DNA from: a virus
Reading direction: 5' to 3' (one strand)
Virus record (IMG/VR): IMGVR_UViG_3300044691_000347
Span: 1 to 64,000 of that record
Length of the DNA stretch: 64,000 nt
The notes beneath the pieces were generated by a model. The model saw only the letters and a program-made list of their open reading frames with translations, had not been told where the DNA came from and ran no database searches. The position numbers and the translations under genes were made by a program. Shown in pieces: positions 38,597-48,877 of this stretch. Numbering within the stretch: position 1 is the stretch's first letter; each line of letters begins with the position of its first letter.

Positions 38597-38907
38597 TGTC
38601 TCGACGTTTAACGAACGCTGAAGTGCTACGGATCTTGCGCATGCACGTCGACCAGGCAACGAAACCGCGTGAGATCGCCCGCAAGCTGAAAGTCAGCGTG
38701 AACACTGTCAACGGCATTCTGTGGGGTCTCTCACATCTCAATATTACCCAGGGCCGCAACGTGTCTCAAGCACGACAGAACACTGCGGAACGCGCCGAAC
38801 TGATCCGCGTCGTGTATGCGGCAACCGGCAGCAAAACTGCTGCCGCACGGGCCGCCGGCGTCACCTGGCAGGGCGCGAACTATCACCTGACGAAGGATGC
38901 GGCATGA
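38596..38907 (+). CDS. HTH DNA-binding protein (two HTH-like segments)
   Basis: LTNAEV..I...PREIARKLKVSVNTVNGI; KTAAARAAGVTWQGA. Confidence 0.75.
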   Translation: MSRRLTNAEVLRILRMHVDQATKPREIARKLKVSVNTVNGILWGLSHLNITQGRNVSQARQNTAERAELIRVVYAATGSKTAAARAAGVTWQGANYHLTKDAA

Positions 38908-39521
38908 GATGGATGCCCGTAGAGTCATATCGGGAGTTCGTTTCGAACACTCGCGATCACACAATGACGATCCTGCATGATGACGGCCTGTACCGGCATG
39001 TGCGGTTTCAACGGCCAGGTTCGAGCATCTACCGGTTCGATCTGGTGACCTGGCCCGGTCATCTGTCGATTACGGGCGATCTGGAGTCGTACACGTTCGC
39101 ACGTGACCTGGACATGTTCGAGTTCTTCGCGAGCACACCCGGTCACATCAATCCGGGGTATTGGGCGGAGAAGATCCGCGCCGGGTCGTCGCCGATGGAG
39201 CATTCGCCCGCGAGGTTTAAACAGGCCGTTGTACAACATTTTTGGGATAGTCGCGCCATGTACCCTGGCGAGTCTGTGCAACTGTTCCAGGCAATCCGTG
39301 CGGATGTCCTGGATTACAGCGAGTACGAGGAAACAGCGCGTGGTGCGCTCGACAGTTTCCGGTACAACTCTATCAACAGCTACCGCGTGTTCGACTTCGC
39401 CGACTGGCGGGATTGGGATCTCGCCGATTGGTCCGTTCACTACCTGTGGTCGTTGCACGCGATCGTGTGGGGTATCGACCAGTACCGGAAGGCGACTGCA
39501 TCAATCGAGGTGCCGGCATGA
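38904..39521 (+). CDS. Conserved phage hypothetical protein
   Basis: DDGLYRHVRF, TWPGHLSITGD, DMFEFF, INPGYWAEK, AIVWGI. Confidence 0.75.
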   Translation: MRWMPVESYREFVSNTRDHTMTILHDDGLYRHVRFQRPGSSIYRFDLVTWPGHLSITGDLESYTFARDLDMFEFFASTPGHINPGYWAEKIRAGSSPMEHSPARFKQAVVQHFWDSRAMYPGESVQLFQAIRADVLDYSEYEETARGALDSFRYNSINSYRVFDFADWRDWDLADWSVHYLWSLHAIVWGIDQYRKATASIEVPA

Positions 39522-40220
39522 TCTTCGCCGAGCCCCGTTATCGGCAAGTCCGCATCGGCCTGTGCCATCCGCCCACCCCGCACGAGATGGAGGCCCGCTA
39601 CCGCTGCATTGATGCCCGGCATGAAGGGGTGCTCCATAACAGCAACGCAGACGCCACCTGGTGCTTGTGCGGGCGCGTGGTTCGCCCCGGGGATTGCGGG
39701 CGTCGGTTGTCTCTGTACGAGCGCGCGGAGTCGGACTGCAACCGTCGGGACGAGGTGGGCCGGAAGGCTCGCGCGTATCTGGCGGGGATGCAAGCCGAAG
39801 GCGAGGTCGCGGCATGACGCTGCACCGGCCCGGTGAGTCGATCCCCGACATTCCGGTGCCGCACCTTCTGGAGGAGTGCCCACCTGATCTGTTGCCGCGG
39901 CGCGGTGAGGATGGTTGCTCGTGCCTGCGCGGTGAATGCAGTCTTCGATGGGCACATGACGGCGACGTGCACGCGCAGGTGAGCTTGTCCGGTTTGGTGC
40001 TGGATGTGTGGGAGCACGATTGCGTCACTGAGGAAGAGGAGTGGTGGATGTGAGTGTATGGCGCGGACGATGCAGCGCATGCAGTGAAGGAAGCTGAGCG
40101 GCGCCGGTGGGCTACCAAGGGCCGTAGTCCTGCGGTCGCAGTTGAAGCGGTGCAGCGGCGGGTGCTGCCTTTGGTGCCTGCGTGGATGCCGATCACTGGA
40201 GAGTCTTCGAAAAGATCTTG

Positions 40221-40269
40221 ATACGATAGCTCATATCGTATTGCATACGCGCTACTCTTCTTGTAGGCT
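40221..40269 (+). promoter_or_regulatory. Operator copy 3 abutting a rightward sigmaA-like promoter
   Basis: ATACGATA-GCTCA-TATCGTAT (perfect arms), then TTGCAT-N17-TAGGCT. Confidence 0.65.
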
Positions 40270-40303
40270 TCTAGGTATCAGCCAGTCAGCCAAGGAGCCG
40301 AAA

Positions 40304-42978
40304 ATGAGCCACCTCATCACCTCCGAGACAGTCCAGTCGGGCGACGCGATCCGGGAAGGGGCACACGTCTACACGATCGAGAGTGTCCGCCGTGTCCTGC
40401 TCACCGACTACGGCTACCAGTCCAATGCGATCGTGAAGACAAGCGAAGGCCCCAAGACGATGTGGGCCGGCGCGATCTACCACCGCGCATGACCGTCAGC
40501 TTCCCTGCCGTCAACGCGCCAGACCAGGAGCCGAGTTGACTGCCATATTGCCAGATACGAACCTCGTCGGGGTTGGAGATTTCGCCTATGCCGAGTGGTA
40601 CGTGACTCTCGACGATCTCTCGGATTATCACGGCCGCGCGCACGAAGACTGCGAGGTTTGTGAATATTTGGCCGACATGGATTACCTCTCGAACTGTGAC
40701 GCACTCACAGACGCGCTGAACTGGGGCCCGAAATGATCATCGCAGTCCTCGCCGACGCCTTCGAGCTGGTGTATGTGTGCAACGGCTGGACCCGCACCAG
40801 CCAACATGCCACCCGCGAAGCCGCTACGCAGTGCCTCAACGAGACGATCGCGGGCAAGGTGTGGGTGCGTCCGGTTGGTCGCCGGAACTGGTTGTACGCG
40901 AGCTGCACTGGCCTCGATTGCAGCGGTCTCCCGCATGCGGATGACAGCCACTCGCATCGAGTCGGGTACTACGAGATTTGTCCGACCGCCTGAAAAGTCC
41001 ACTGCGGTCCGGTTCTACGGCACAAGGGTGTGCCGGTCGGCGACAATGACGTCCCGGCATCTTGGACCGGACCGCTCTCCCACTCCCTCAACACTTTTCG
41101 TAGACAGGAATCTTGATGCAGCTCACCTACACTGCCGACTGGGTTCAGACCACACGCACCCGCAGAACGCTGGAGATCGGCATATATCTCGCGGAAGTGA
41201 CCCACAATCGGGAGCCGTTCATGTGGGATGTGGACTCTGACCGCGGCGACCGACCAGCATTCGCGGGCGGCTGCGAAACAAGCTGGGAACTCGCCTGCGC
41301 TGCCGCCGAAGCCGCTATCCGCGAGCATCACGCCGCACAGTAGCCCTCAATAGCGCCCCCAAACCCTGAAGGATCAACTGATGGATCTCCATGAAGCCGA
41401 ACAGATCATTGCCGGCGTGCGCGCCCTGGCCGATCGCTGGAACAGCGCAACGGTGATCGGTGCTATCTCCGGCGAGGAACGGCCGGATCTCATCACCCAA
41501 GGTTTCGCCGAACAATTGTACGCCGTACTTCCCGAGGAGAACGAGTCATGACCGACCTCAATGACCGGTTCCATGAGCAGATTCGACAGCTTCTAGCGGA
41601 CAAGCATAGTTACGGCGGCTTCGTTATCGAGGTGACCCACGTGTCCGAGGTTGTCAAGCGTGGCGGCTTCTTCGGTACACCGTGGGAGGAGACGTCGCTG
41701 ACCGTGTTCTACAGGAATCCGAACGGTAACGATGCCGAGGTCGAGATCCCATACAATCTTCGCGAGCTGATCGCGCTGTTGCCTGACGCTGCCGAGTTTT
41801 TGCGGGCATTCGATGACCGTTCCTGACGAGCCCGCCGACCGCCCGGATCTTGCTGCGTGGCGTCGCCGGCATCAGCTTCGCAAGTCGAGTGCGGCGCAAC
41901 CGATCCCGTCCGGCACCGAGTACAAGCGGAAACCGAAGACCGAGCAGGAGAAGGATAAACGCGATGAGTGAGCAGTTGGTTTCGGATGTAGAGCGTGCGT
42001 TGTGGATGGCTGAGACGGAGGAAAGCGCCGCGCTGGAGGTGCCCGCGGCTGACCTGCTGCGTGAGCTGGCGAAGCTCGGCTACGCGGTGGTGAAGCTGCC
42101 GGACATGGAGGTCGATGATCCGGAGATGGCTACTTGGCCCGTGGATTCTGCCGAGCGCATCGTCGTCGCGCCGACGACGATGGGGCTGATCGACATCCGC
42201 GGCCGCAACTCATTCATGACTGCCGATGCAGCCTTGGCGCTTGCTGCGGCCCTGATCGCCGCCGCACAGCACGTGAAGGAGAACCGCGCGTGAAGATTGT
42301 TGAGTCCCGCACTGGCAATTGGTATTACCATCTCGGCGACGATCCGTCTGGACTCATCGCATGGTGCGGCGCGAAAACCATGCACAGTTATGCCAGGCTA
42401 GATACTTGGGGACTGGTGACCCACATCGGGGAACGATACTGCGGCGAGTGCCGACGTCTCGCAGATTCGGCCGCCCAGCATGAGATGGGAACGGGCAAAT
42501 GAGACGTGAAATGTTGTGTTGGTCGACGGGGCCGCGCATAAGCGGTGAGGGTATCCCTTACTGTCTCAAATTGGCTGGTCACGAGGGTCAGCACGAGTCG
42601 CATCCGGATTCAGGTTTAGATGTGTCGTGGGGTGATCCGCTGTGCATGGCAAATCCGGACACGATCCGCACTGCATGGATGCCCGACGAGCTGAAAGGCC
42701 CGTACGGCGGCAATGAGCCTGTCACCACTGGCATCGTAAAACCGCTCGTGTTGGAGGATCTTCGGCGTCTGGTAGCGGCTACGGAGGGTTGGGCGCCGCA
42801 GACGATCGTGCAGGTGCAGCATCCGGACGACCTGTCGGTGAGCCCGAAGCGTTGCCGGACCGCACTGGCAGTCGTACGCGGCAGTAGTTCAGCGCCTCGA
42901 AAGATCGGTACCGGCAATGACGCTGACGTGATGGGCGAATATTTGAGTGCACGGGAGGAGTGGGGCGATGCTCTCTGA
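40304..42978 (+). other. Run of small plus-strand hypothetical ORFs
   Basis: Tiled ORFs with RBSs and ATGA/GTGA overlaps. Confidence 0.55.
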
Positions 42979-43537
42979 CCCGCGCCCACTCCTGTATGTC
43001 GATGTCGATGGCGTACTAAATCCGTACGCGGCGAAAGCGCATCGCCGGCCGGAAGGCTATGGCACGCATCGGCCTATGCCGCCGTCGTGGGTCGGGGGTA
43101 CGGACGCGATGGGCCGCAAGGTGAAGTCGTTGCGGGTATGGCTGAACCCGTCGCACGGTCCAGCACTGCTCGCTCTCACCGACCGGTTCGAGCTGTGGTG
43201 GGCGACGACGTGGCAGCATGAGGCGAACGAGTTCATCGGTCCACTGATCGGCTTGCCGGAGCTGCCTGTGGTCGAGTGGACGGGGCCGATGTTCGGGAAT
43301 GGCCCCGACGGAACGTTTTGGAAGACCACGCAACTCGTCGAACACGCTGCGGGGCGCCCGTTCGCGTGGATCGACGACGACATTAGCGACGATGACCGCC
43401 AGTATGTTGCGCGCCAGCATCCCGGGCCAGCGCTGCTGCACTACGTGAATCCAGCTCTCGGGTTGCTGGACGGCGACTTCGCGACGATGGCGAACTGGGC
43501 TACGAGCTTGAACGACGTGGAAGGATGGGCGGCATGA
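42968..43537 (+). CDS. HAD-superfamily phosphatase (Swiss-army-knife RNA-repair-like HAD)
   Basis: LYVDVDGVLNP, WATTW, K, FAWIDDD. Confidence 0.8.
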   Translation: MLSDPRPLLYVDVDGVLNPYAAKAHRRPEGYGTHRPMPPSWVGGTDAMGRKVKSLRVWLNPSHGPALLALTDRFELWWATTWQHEANEFIGPLIGLPELPVVEWTGPMFGNGPDGTFWKTTQLVEHAAGRPFAWIDDDISDDDRQYVARQHPGPALLHYVNPALGLLDGDFATMANWATSLNDVEGWAA

Positions 43538-44215
43538 GTGACAACCCCGTTCCCGCGAAATCGCTTAGGGCAGCGAGCAGCACGTATATAATGCAGGGGT
43601 GACCATGTTCCCTTTCGAGGGATCGCAACTGTCTGATTTTCGGCGTGTCAGCCGCGAGTCGACATCGCCCCTCCGAGGGGACGTGAACCAATCGAGCCCC
43701 TGGACGGTCTTCACGTCCAAGGGCTCGATCAGGGGTATCAGGCTGATCGCTCAGCATTGACGTGGCGATCGTACTCGATCGTCGCCGGCCCTATCGGTGT
43801 CGCACGCTACGATCCGTGACATGTCAGATGAGCTGGTAGTGCGTGAGTGTGTGATCTGCGGTGAGGCCGCCGAACCTGGCCGGTGGATGCTGTGCGACAC
43901 CTGCCGGGCTCGGATCGAAGAGAACAACCGGACGAACTGGGGCGGCGAGTCTTAGCCGGCGAGATCAGACCCGGGACTAGAGCAACCCTTGTCGTTTCGC
44001 GGCTTCCGTTCGCTCCTGCGGGGTAAGGGTTTTCGGCATCTTCTTTCGATCCACCAGCAGATATAGGACGGCGAACGCCCCTGTAGCCAGTCCGAAGATG
44101 CAGCCCGTCAGCGTTATTCCGATCCAGGACTCATGGTCTGTCCAGGCGCCGAACGCTACGAACGGTGGACCGAACACCAGGCATCCGATGATGTACCAAT
44201 CCCACTCTTTGCGGG

Positions 44216-44650
44216 TCATGCTCTTATTGTCGCCCCTGACGCACACTCGCGTACGACGATTCCGGCTTTCTTCGCGCGGCGCACACAGTCCCATGTGCCG
44301 CGCGAACGAGGCATCGGGAAGGCTAGACATAGGTCGGCGCCGAGGTCGACCATCGCTTGGTTCCGGTATCCGCCGGCGGCTTGGCAGTAGGGTGTTCTGT
44401 CGCGCCGGAATCGTGGTGAGTGTTGGCATTCGGGGCGGCAGTGATCCCAGTCGGCGGGGTGTGGTTCGTCGAGGAGTCCGCCGCTGGTCCAGATGTCGGC
44501 GGCGAGGAGATCGGCGCCGTCTGCTGCACCGTGTACGAGGATGATCGGCCCGGGTTGTAGGTCGCGCCAAGCTTGGGCGAGAGCGTCCCGCATCGTGTCT
44601 CGGTCGGTCCAGTCACGGGAGCCTGTGACAAGGAGTCGGCGAACGCTCAT
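44216..44650 (-). CDS. SLOG family (DUF2493/YspA-related) protein
   Basis: LLVTGSRDW, VHGAADGAD, RN..MV, SRGT.DC. Confidence 0.85.
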   Translation of the reverse strand: MSVRRLLVTGSRDWTDRDTMRDALAQAWRDLQPGPIILVHGAADGADLLAADIWTSGGLLDEPHPADWDHCRPECQHSPRFRRDRTPYCQAAGGYRNQAMVDLGADLCLAFPMPRSRGTWDCVRRAKKAGIVVRECASGATIRA

Positions 44651-45643
44651 CGTCGTTTCCGGCAGTGTCGGCACCGGTGCAGGATACAGCCGCGTTCGAT
44701 GAACGGGTACGCCCAGTCGGGCGGTTCGACGTGATGGAATTCGAGCGCCCAGCGGTGTCGTCCGACCTTGCAGCGCAGGCGATCCCAACGGGTAGTCACG
44801 CCGCGTCCGCCTCGTAGTCGCTCACGCTGTCGGCTGGCCGTTCGAAGGTGTCGGCACCGCATTGCGGGCACTGCCGGACCATCAGCTTCCGTGTCGGCGG
44901 CCGCCATGCGCGAAAAAACAAACCAGCAGGCGGAATGTACCTGGACCAGTGTGACGAGTAGAAGCAAAGCAGGTACTTGTAGGTGAGCATCCCGAACAAG
45001 CATTTCGGGCATTCACGAGTCGAGCCGGCTAGTGGCAGTTGCGTGAACGCGGTCGCGGCCCGCTCTTCGTCTTCGCGCTCGGCTTCATCGAGCCAGCGAC
45101 AATCTTCGGGTGTCCGTTCGATACCCAGCATCACACCACCTCCACGTTGTGGCTGGTTTTCGCCCAGTCGGGGATGTCTGCGATAGCGGTGACCTGGCCG
45201 CCAGACGCGAATGAGGGAGGTTCGGTGAGGGCTTTATCGATGACGTCACCGAGCCTTTTACTCCACAGCTGATCATGCAGCCTGAAAATCCGCTGCACCG
45301 TCCACGGTGCACCAGGGATCAGGTCTCGGACTGTTTCAGCGGCTTCATCTATCTCTTTCCGGGGGCCATCTTGGATGGCGTCGACGAGCTTGAGTGCGGC
45401 GCCCCGAAGTTCAGTCAGTTCCGCGCGGAGTTTCTGGTTCTGTTTCTTCAGCGTCTTCTTACTGGGCATCGACGTACCTCTTCCGGATTCGACTGATACG
45501 GCAGGGATTTCGAAGTTTGCTCCATGCCTGCCAGAACGTGCTGTACCTCCAGATAGATTTGCAGTCCTCGCACATCCACAAGTCCCCGAACGCTCCGCAA
45601 ACCCCAGCAGGATATTTGCACAGATGATTCTGTCGAATGAACA

Positions 45644-45865
45644 TCAACGCGCCTCGTCTTGGAGGTTGAGTGTGTAGGCGTTCCGCATGTCCCAGATCGA
45701 CAGTCCGGGGTTGACTTTCTTCGCGGCCCGTTTAGCGCCCCAAAAGGTTCGGTAGCTTTGTCCGCTGTCGGCGACGATGTTGCCGTTTTGGGCTACCCGC
45801 CTCCACCTATAGCGTCCGGCGCTATCACGATAGATTTCTAGGTCGTCGACTCTGGTTGCGTTCAT
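45644..45865 (-). CDS. DUF1508/YegP-like protein
   Basis: EIYRDSAGRYRWR..A.NG.IVADSGQSY. Confidence 0.8.
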   Translation of the reverse strand: MNATRVDDLEIYRDSAGRYRWRRVAQNGNIVADSGQSYRTFWGAKRAAKKVNPGLSIWDMRNAYTLNLQDEAR

Positions 45866-46145
45866 ACTGTTTCGGTTCCTTCGATAGTCCACCAGTCAGT
45901 GACATACCGGCGTCCGCGGGCGAAACCCGGTTCGGTGGTGATCTTGAAGACGTTGGATTCCGTTGCGGTCGGCAGCAGATCGCCGAGAGCATCGACAGCC
46001 CCCGTGGCGATGCGCATCCACATTCGGCGAGAAGCACCATGGCAGTCTTCCCACACTATGCAGGTTTCTGCGGTTTCGGCAGCGGCTTGCTCATACTGCC
46101 ATCGCGCAACCCGTTCGATCGCTTTCGTACGGATCTCGTCAGCGT

Positions 46146-46520
46146 TCATGCTTGTTCCTTGCGTCGTGTGCATGCCCGCCCGATCGCGGCCTGTAGTTCC
46201 GGAGACGGGCGAGCGTCACTGGCTGCCATCTGAGCGAGCGCGCCAGGTGGGACGACTGTTCTGTCGATCCTGTGGAGTCGTGCGAGGTCGGCCCGGTAGA
46301 CGGCCTCGTACCGGAACCACGAGCCGACGGAAATGCCGGTGACACGCGCCAGGCGGACCGCAGTGTCCCTCGTGATGGATGTGCGCCCGTTGACGATGTC
46401 GTCGACCTGTTCGCGGCTGTACCCCAGGAGATCCGCGGCGCGCTGCCGGGTCAAGCCGCGCTCGTCGATCCATTCCTTCAGGTACTCGCCCGGAGCGACG
46501 GCATAGTTGGTTTCGGTCAC
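46146..46520 (-). CDS. HigA-like Xre antitoxin (orphan)
   Basis: PGEYLKEW...GLT...AA..LG...IVNG...IT...AVRLARV.G.....W. Confidence 0.8.
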   Translation of the reverse strand: MTETNYAVAPGEYLKEWIDERGLTRQRAADLLGYSREQVDDIVNGRTSITRDTAVRLARVTGISVGSWFRYEAVYRADLARLHRIDRTVVPPGALAQMAASDARPSPELQAAIGRACTRRKEQA

Positions 46521-48877
46521 GTTTCGTCTCCTGATGTTCCGCGCATGGCTTCCCCGATCTGCTCAAACGCTTTGCCGGCGGATGTCGTCCAGTCTTTGAG
46601 TGCTTCATGGAAGGCGTGATGCTGTTCTCGGTCGAGGACGGGCACACCGCACAGGCGGCACACGTACAGGTCGAGATGAGTGAATGCGGCATCTACCTGT
46701 TCAGCCTTCTGCCGCTCGTATTGCTGCACCATGGCAACGAATTCGTCGTAGCTGTGGTCGTCGCTCACCCGGACACCACCAGCATGAATCCGGTGAGCGC
46801 GAAGATGATGACAGCGCACGCCGCTTGGCCGATAGCGAAGACCCGGGCGACCTCGCGGACACCCTCACGCGGCGCGAACTTGCCGACCAGGCCAGCTACC
46901 GCGATGACCGTGAACCACACGCCGATCGGAACAGCAGACGGGTTCATGCTGCTGCCTCTCCTTGGTTCCCGAACTTTTCGTTGAGGGCGTCGAACATGGA
47001 TTGCCGGATCATCGGCCCGATCGGCTCGGTTTCGATCCCCATGTCGTCGTCACACTCGTAGCCGTCGAGATATTGAGGAAACCTGTCGCGGAGGCTCATG
47101 ACTGGTCCCACAAGTGTCCGGTTTTGTCTTCGAGGCGTTCAATCCGCTTCATGAGGTCGATCATCATTTCGACCAACGGTGACGGCTTGGTCAGTTCCTG
47201 CTTCACTTCGTCTTCGGTCAACGGATGGAAATCCGGTGCACGCCGAACGATCGGGTGCCGGTATGGGTGCGGGAATACTGGTTTGCCGCATACTGTGCAC
47301 GTGTCGGTCATGTCCTGTAACCGTTCATTCCGAGCCGCGTCATGAGCTTGTCGTGCCACTCCTGATCGGAGCTGTAGCCTTCGGCCTCCAGTTCGCCGAT
47401 AGCGCCCGCAATCCCGTCAACGATGGTGGAGGTGAATGCGTGATCGTTGGCGGCCTGCTGGGCTCTGCGGGCACGTTCGGTGGCTTCACGTTCAGCTTGT
47501 CGGCGAGGTTCGTCGAACCAGTCGAGGAGACTATTCAACGGCAAACCCTCATAGGCGCTGAAGTCTCGGGTTCGGTTACCGCATTCGACGCGGAGATAGT
47601 TGTCGATGCTGTAGCAGGTGTGGCAGCCGCCGGACTCTTCCTGGTATTCGACGAAGTAGACGGGTTCGTCGGTCGCACCGAACCGCTCCCGAACCCTGTC
47701 GGCAAGTTCCCCGGTGATGAGGGTGCGTTTGAATTCGAGGTCAATATCGCGTTCGTCCGATTCCTCAACCCATTTCCGTACGGGTGTGGAGGTGTAGTCG
47801 GGCTCGATCATGCTGTTCCCTCCAGCCATGCGCGGATCAGGTCCCAGTCGTAGTCGCCGTGCCGGTCGCGGGCAATACAGGCGTCTCGCGGGGTGTCGCC
47901 GTCGCAGATCACGTTCATGATCACTTGACAAGCGGTCATGTCGTACATGTCGGCGATGATCCGGACAGGCGCGTCGGGTTTGGCATCGAGCCTTCGCCGG
48001 ATTTGATCCGCTAACTCACCGACAACCGACATTGTCGGATAGGTCGAGTTGGGTTCCCTGTTCTCGACTGTCCACGCCTGCCATTCTTCGAGCGTCGACA
48101 CGGCGCGGCTAGCGTCACGCATGATCTGTGCGGCCTGCTGGCGTCGCTGCTCGACTTGTTCCGGGGTCAGCTTGCGTCGGATGGGATGCAGATCTTCATC
48201 CGTTAGCGCGCTCATGCGGGCTGCTCCGGATCGTTTTCGAAGGGGTGCGGCCAGGTGAGTATCTGCGTCAAGAACTCGATGTCTCGAACGGGCTCGCCGT
48301 TCTCGATGCGACCGGACCAGCGTTCCCCACTGCTGTAGTCGATCGTCATGTTGCGGCCATCAATCAACGCTTCCGCAGGCGGTGGCCCATCCCAGCTGCC
48401 GATCAGGTTGAAGTCTTTGTCCCACAACCTGTATCCCGACGGGGGAACGCCTCCCTCAGTGCTCATGCTGTCTTCTCCTGGAGTTCGGCGACGTCCATGA
48501 CGGTCGGTCGCGGGTCTAATGTGCTGTCACGGATGCGGGTGACGGTGTAGCAGAAGTCGGGATGTCGGTTGAGCCAGCTCGTTAGTTCGTGCTTGACTGT
48601 GAATCCGGCAATGATCCGATCGCCCGAATTATGTTGCTCGGCAACGACGTAGATGTACTGTGAGCGCGCCATACTTAGCCTCCGACCGTAATATTGACGG
48701 TTAGGGAATGCAGCGCGAACCAGCCGAGAAACACAGTGGTCGTTGCCAGGGCAGCCCAGAATGTGACGTACCAGAACGGGATAACGTACTCACCCCACGA
48801 ATCGAAGGCTCCAGCGATCGTCGCAGACAGTGCCACGAGTAGCACCCACAGCGCGACAGCAATCCAGAAGGTTGTGA

